Below, piece after piece: positions 60,960 through 64,000 of a stretch of DNA of 64,000 nt. The notes below the pieces were generated by a model. The model was not told where the DNA came from and did not search any database. It saw only the letters and a list, made by a program, of their open reading frames with translations. The stretch covers positions 1,736,001-1,800,000 of the forward strand of contig NEEC01000016.1 in the NCBI GenBank assembly GCA_002189035.1, in the 5' to 3' direction. The stretch is from Utricularia gibba. Taxonomy: Eukaryota; Plantae; Magnoliophyta. The position numbers were made by a program, and so were the translations under genes. Position 1 is the stretch's first letter. Every line of letters starts with the position of its first letter.

Positions 60960-62259
60960 CAAGGAAAGGGCTTTGGTTGGTGACTTTTTCCTTAAAAATC
61001 ATGCCACTGATGAATCTACCATGGCTCTATTTGTGCATAAGAGTCCATCATAGAAATATTTGACCAAGACATTAGTTTAAAACCCATGGTGCGGTTAGGA
61101 ATCCAAAAGATGATTACATCTTTCCCAATATTCATGCAATGATTCGTCACTCATTTGCTCAACATCACTTATCTCTTTCATGATTCTCCCAACTTTTGAA
61201 GCTATAAAATATTTACTCAAAAACACTTTTTTCATCCCAACCCAATCAATGATGCTTCTAGACCTTAGAGAGTTAAATCACGTTTTAGCTCCTCCTTCCA
61301 AAATAAATTGGAAGACTCTCAAACAGATTGAGTCCTTAGTCATTCCAACTCTCTTAAATGATGTACACACTGCTGTCACGTTATCTAGAAATTTCTCATA
61401 GATGTCTTGAGCTTGTTTGCTCCGTCATTTGGAATCTAATGCATCGATCCTATAAGTGTGATAGTAGCATCTAATTCGCTCAAGGTCTTCTCAGGTTCAA
61501 TCACTCTAGAATCAGTGTTGGTCACAATTGGGAGCTGCCTCAACTTGCATGGTTCCCTCACTTTCTTCCTATTTTTAATGATAGCTTTCTCAATTTTTGG
61601 ATAAAAAACAAGATTACTTACACTAGAAGAACACAATTGCATCAATTAAAGCACCAAACAATTTGATAAACGGAAATTTTGGATCATTACAATGAAATAA
61701 AATTTTCATGTCAAATAAATTTGTAAGCTCTAATTCTTAAAAAATGCAAATCAAACACAAGATGTATAGTGGACTTTCGGGGTCAATCAACGAGTAAGTG
61801 GTTGTTGTGTGTTTTCTAAGATGTGGATTCGTGGAATAAATGGTACTCTTAATTCAAAGTAAGACTAACAATGGTATGCAAGTTTAGCAACTAAGATAAA
61901 ATCTAAACACAGATAATAAAAAATACAGGTTTTGTGCACAATGTAATATTATGATGGCTCAAGGCAATATAGGTGATGTAGTACTAAGGCTCCTAATTTA
62001 ATCTACAATGTTTCAATACTCACAATTCTAACAAGGTAATATACTTTTAGTCCAATTTTTCTTCTAATCCACCTACTAGACTTAATTAAACATCAGTAAC
62101 ATAAGGTGGACTAAATCAAAGGATTTAGTATACTTTCCAACATATATACAAAATTAACATAAAAAACATGTAAAATATGAAAAACCGCACAAACCTAACC
62201 TAAACCACAACAATACATTATAATTTTGTATTATAAAATATTAAGAAAATGTGTCATCA
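60960..62259 (-). mobile_element. Athila-like Gypsy 5' portion: shortened 5' LTR (61664-62259) and gag remnant
   Basis: LTR TGATAAACGG...TGTCATCA, then a PBS-like TGGTGC. Minus-strand gag LVFYPKIEKA...ICLRVFQFILEGGAKT*FNSL...KYF...SLHEYWER...YFYDGL. Confidence 0.78.
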
Positions 62260-63399
62260 GAATGCATTCATTGAATCAATATAAACATCATGTTCATCCT
62301 TTTTTTGCATTAGTGAGAGAGCTCCTACATATGCCCTAGGACTTTAAATGTCTAGAGGCAAGTCATGTAAATCTTCAATTGCAAATTCTACAGCAGCCTC
62401 CTCAAAGTCTAGGCCAACAAGTATATCATTATCATCACATAAATTGCATGCCTCACCTACATACATGTCATCTCCAACTAGAAAGATGTAAGAGTCATCT
62501 TGGTATTCATAATCCATATCTTGGTCATAATAATCAAAGAAGGTATCATGGTTGGAATAACTAGTTACATATTGATAGTCCATACCATGATTGCTATAGT
62601 AGTTGGGATTGTTCAAAAATTGAGATTTCGAACCTAAAACCGATGAAAAATATGAAATCAATAGTAAGTATTATACTGTGATATTCTCAATCCTTATGTA
62701 TAAAATCATTTTACACCTTTAGAATGATGATAGGACTGATACAAAGTTTCAAAACAATTATAGTTGTTGAAGTTTTGTTGAAATTGTGGGTAATCATAAT
62801 GTTATGAGTATTGTGGCTATTGTGGACTAAGGGACATTGCAACTTTCTCTTAAAGAATAAACATTAAAAATAAAAAATGAAGACCTATAAAGTGATTTTT
62901 AAATCATAAAAATTAGTCATTACCAATAAATTTATAATTAATTTTTTATTATAACATGGAATACGTTAGTTTTCGATCATAGAAAAATCACAATAATCAA
63001 ATTTTTAATTTTATAACAAGAATAATGCGTTCAAAGTAATTCTACTTGTTTACAATTTTTAAAAAATATCATTGTGATTAACAACCAATCAAATCAATCA
63101 AGATATTCTTTACTAAGTATGAATTAAAGTAATAACGATATTTTTGTCTAACAACTAAAAAAAATAAAAAAGAAAGATATGTGAAATAGTCATTATTTAA
63201 AAACTTAAATACTTCAAAGAAAAGAAAAATATTGTAATTACGAATTAGTAATTTTTTTCGAATTCACAAAAAATTATATATAATTTTTTCTAAGATGATG
63301 ATGAACAAACTATTAAGTTATATTGTAAGATTAAAATTTCAATATCAAAATCAGATCTATTCGGGTCCAAAATAAAGGAGAGATCTATTGAATCATTAA

Positions 63400-63640
63400 C
63401 ATTGATATAACTTGCAGTGTAGGAATAAATGTTGTAGAACTTGACATATAATCAAACATTATCACAATCCACTATGATTCCTAGCTCATTTTCAATAGTT
63501 CAATAGCTTTCTCCAGGAAAATTTCATTTCACCAATAAAATTTTCACTACTTCTGAATCATACGCATGGTGGATTGATGAACCACTTTATATCGACCCTC
63601 CAACATAGAATTTCATAGTAAATTTGGCCATTGGCTCGAG
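63400..63640 (-). mobile_element. Possible MuDR-type N-terminal remnant
   Basis: MAKFTMKFYVGG resembles the FTIKxHHGG N-terminus of MULE ORFs; the match is short and decayed. Confidence 0.3.
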
Positions 63641-64000
63641 AATTGAGTAATTGAATGTGAAGTTTGGATTGGAGGTCGAGAAAACAAGAAAAACAAAAGA
63701 GAAGGAATCACAGGAGCATTCTTGAGGTGAAATCCGAATACTACAAAACGAAGAGGAACGAGGAAATGAGGGATACCAAGGGGGGAATACAATTCCATTC
63801 ATCTTAATGAATTGATTTTACAACTCATTCAATGGAGTAATATTAGAGACATGTGATTGTCTTGAGATGTGTAATATTCCACTACTACTTTACCGAATGT
63901 CATTGTACAAAACACAACACATCTATAGAAAACATGCATATTTCTAACACTTTTTTTACTTGAGACATTTTTCCAACTCATATTTTTTAAATATGTATTT

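Overview
This is plant (probably eudicot) nuclear DNA, roughly half of it nested transposons. Host genes are a HESO1/NTP-like terminal nucleotidyltransferase (-), the AP-3 mu subunit (-), a pyroglutamyl peptidase I (+), two tandem S-adenosylmethionine synthetases (+) and a thaumatin-like protein (-). There is also an ECHIDNA/TVP23 pseudogene, absent from the ORF track, split by an intronic Copia. Transposons with boundaries read from the sequence are two Copia elements (TSD AAGTT; GACTC/AACTC), a gag-pol-deleted Retand/Tat-like Gypsy (TSD GATAC) plus a truncated relative, about seven Athila-like LTRs (several solo), a CRM-like fragment, and several PIF/Pong-Harbinger elements. The most unusual object is a 5.5-kb PIF/Harbinger element (5009-10476) nested in a Copia RNase H. 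Between its MYB gene and its deleted transposase it carries a third, intron-containing gene. That gene joins a Gypsy-type 'Transposase_28'-like domain to an FCP1/NIF (HAD) phosphatase-like domain, and it is flanked by repeated GCACC-N15-18-GGTGC dyads. Other points of interest are a GW/WG-rich frame directly behind the nucleotidyltransferase, a second SAMS copy with a rewritten gating loop and almost no room for its own promoter, and a 66-bp mitochondrial atp1 fragment. All family assignments come from manual translation and motif recognition; no database search was run.
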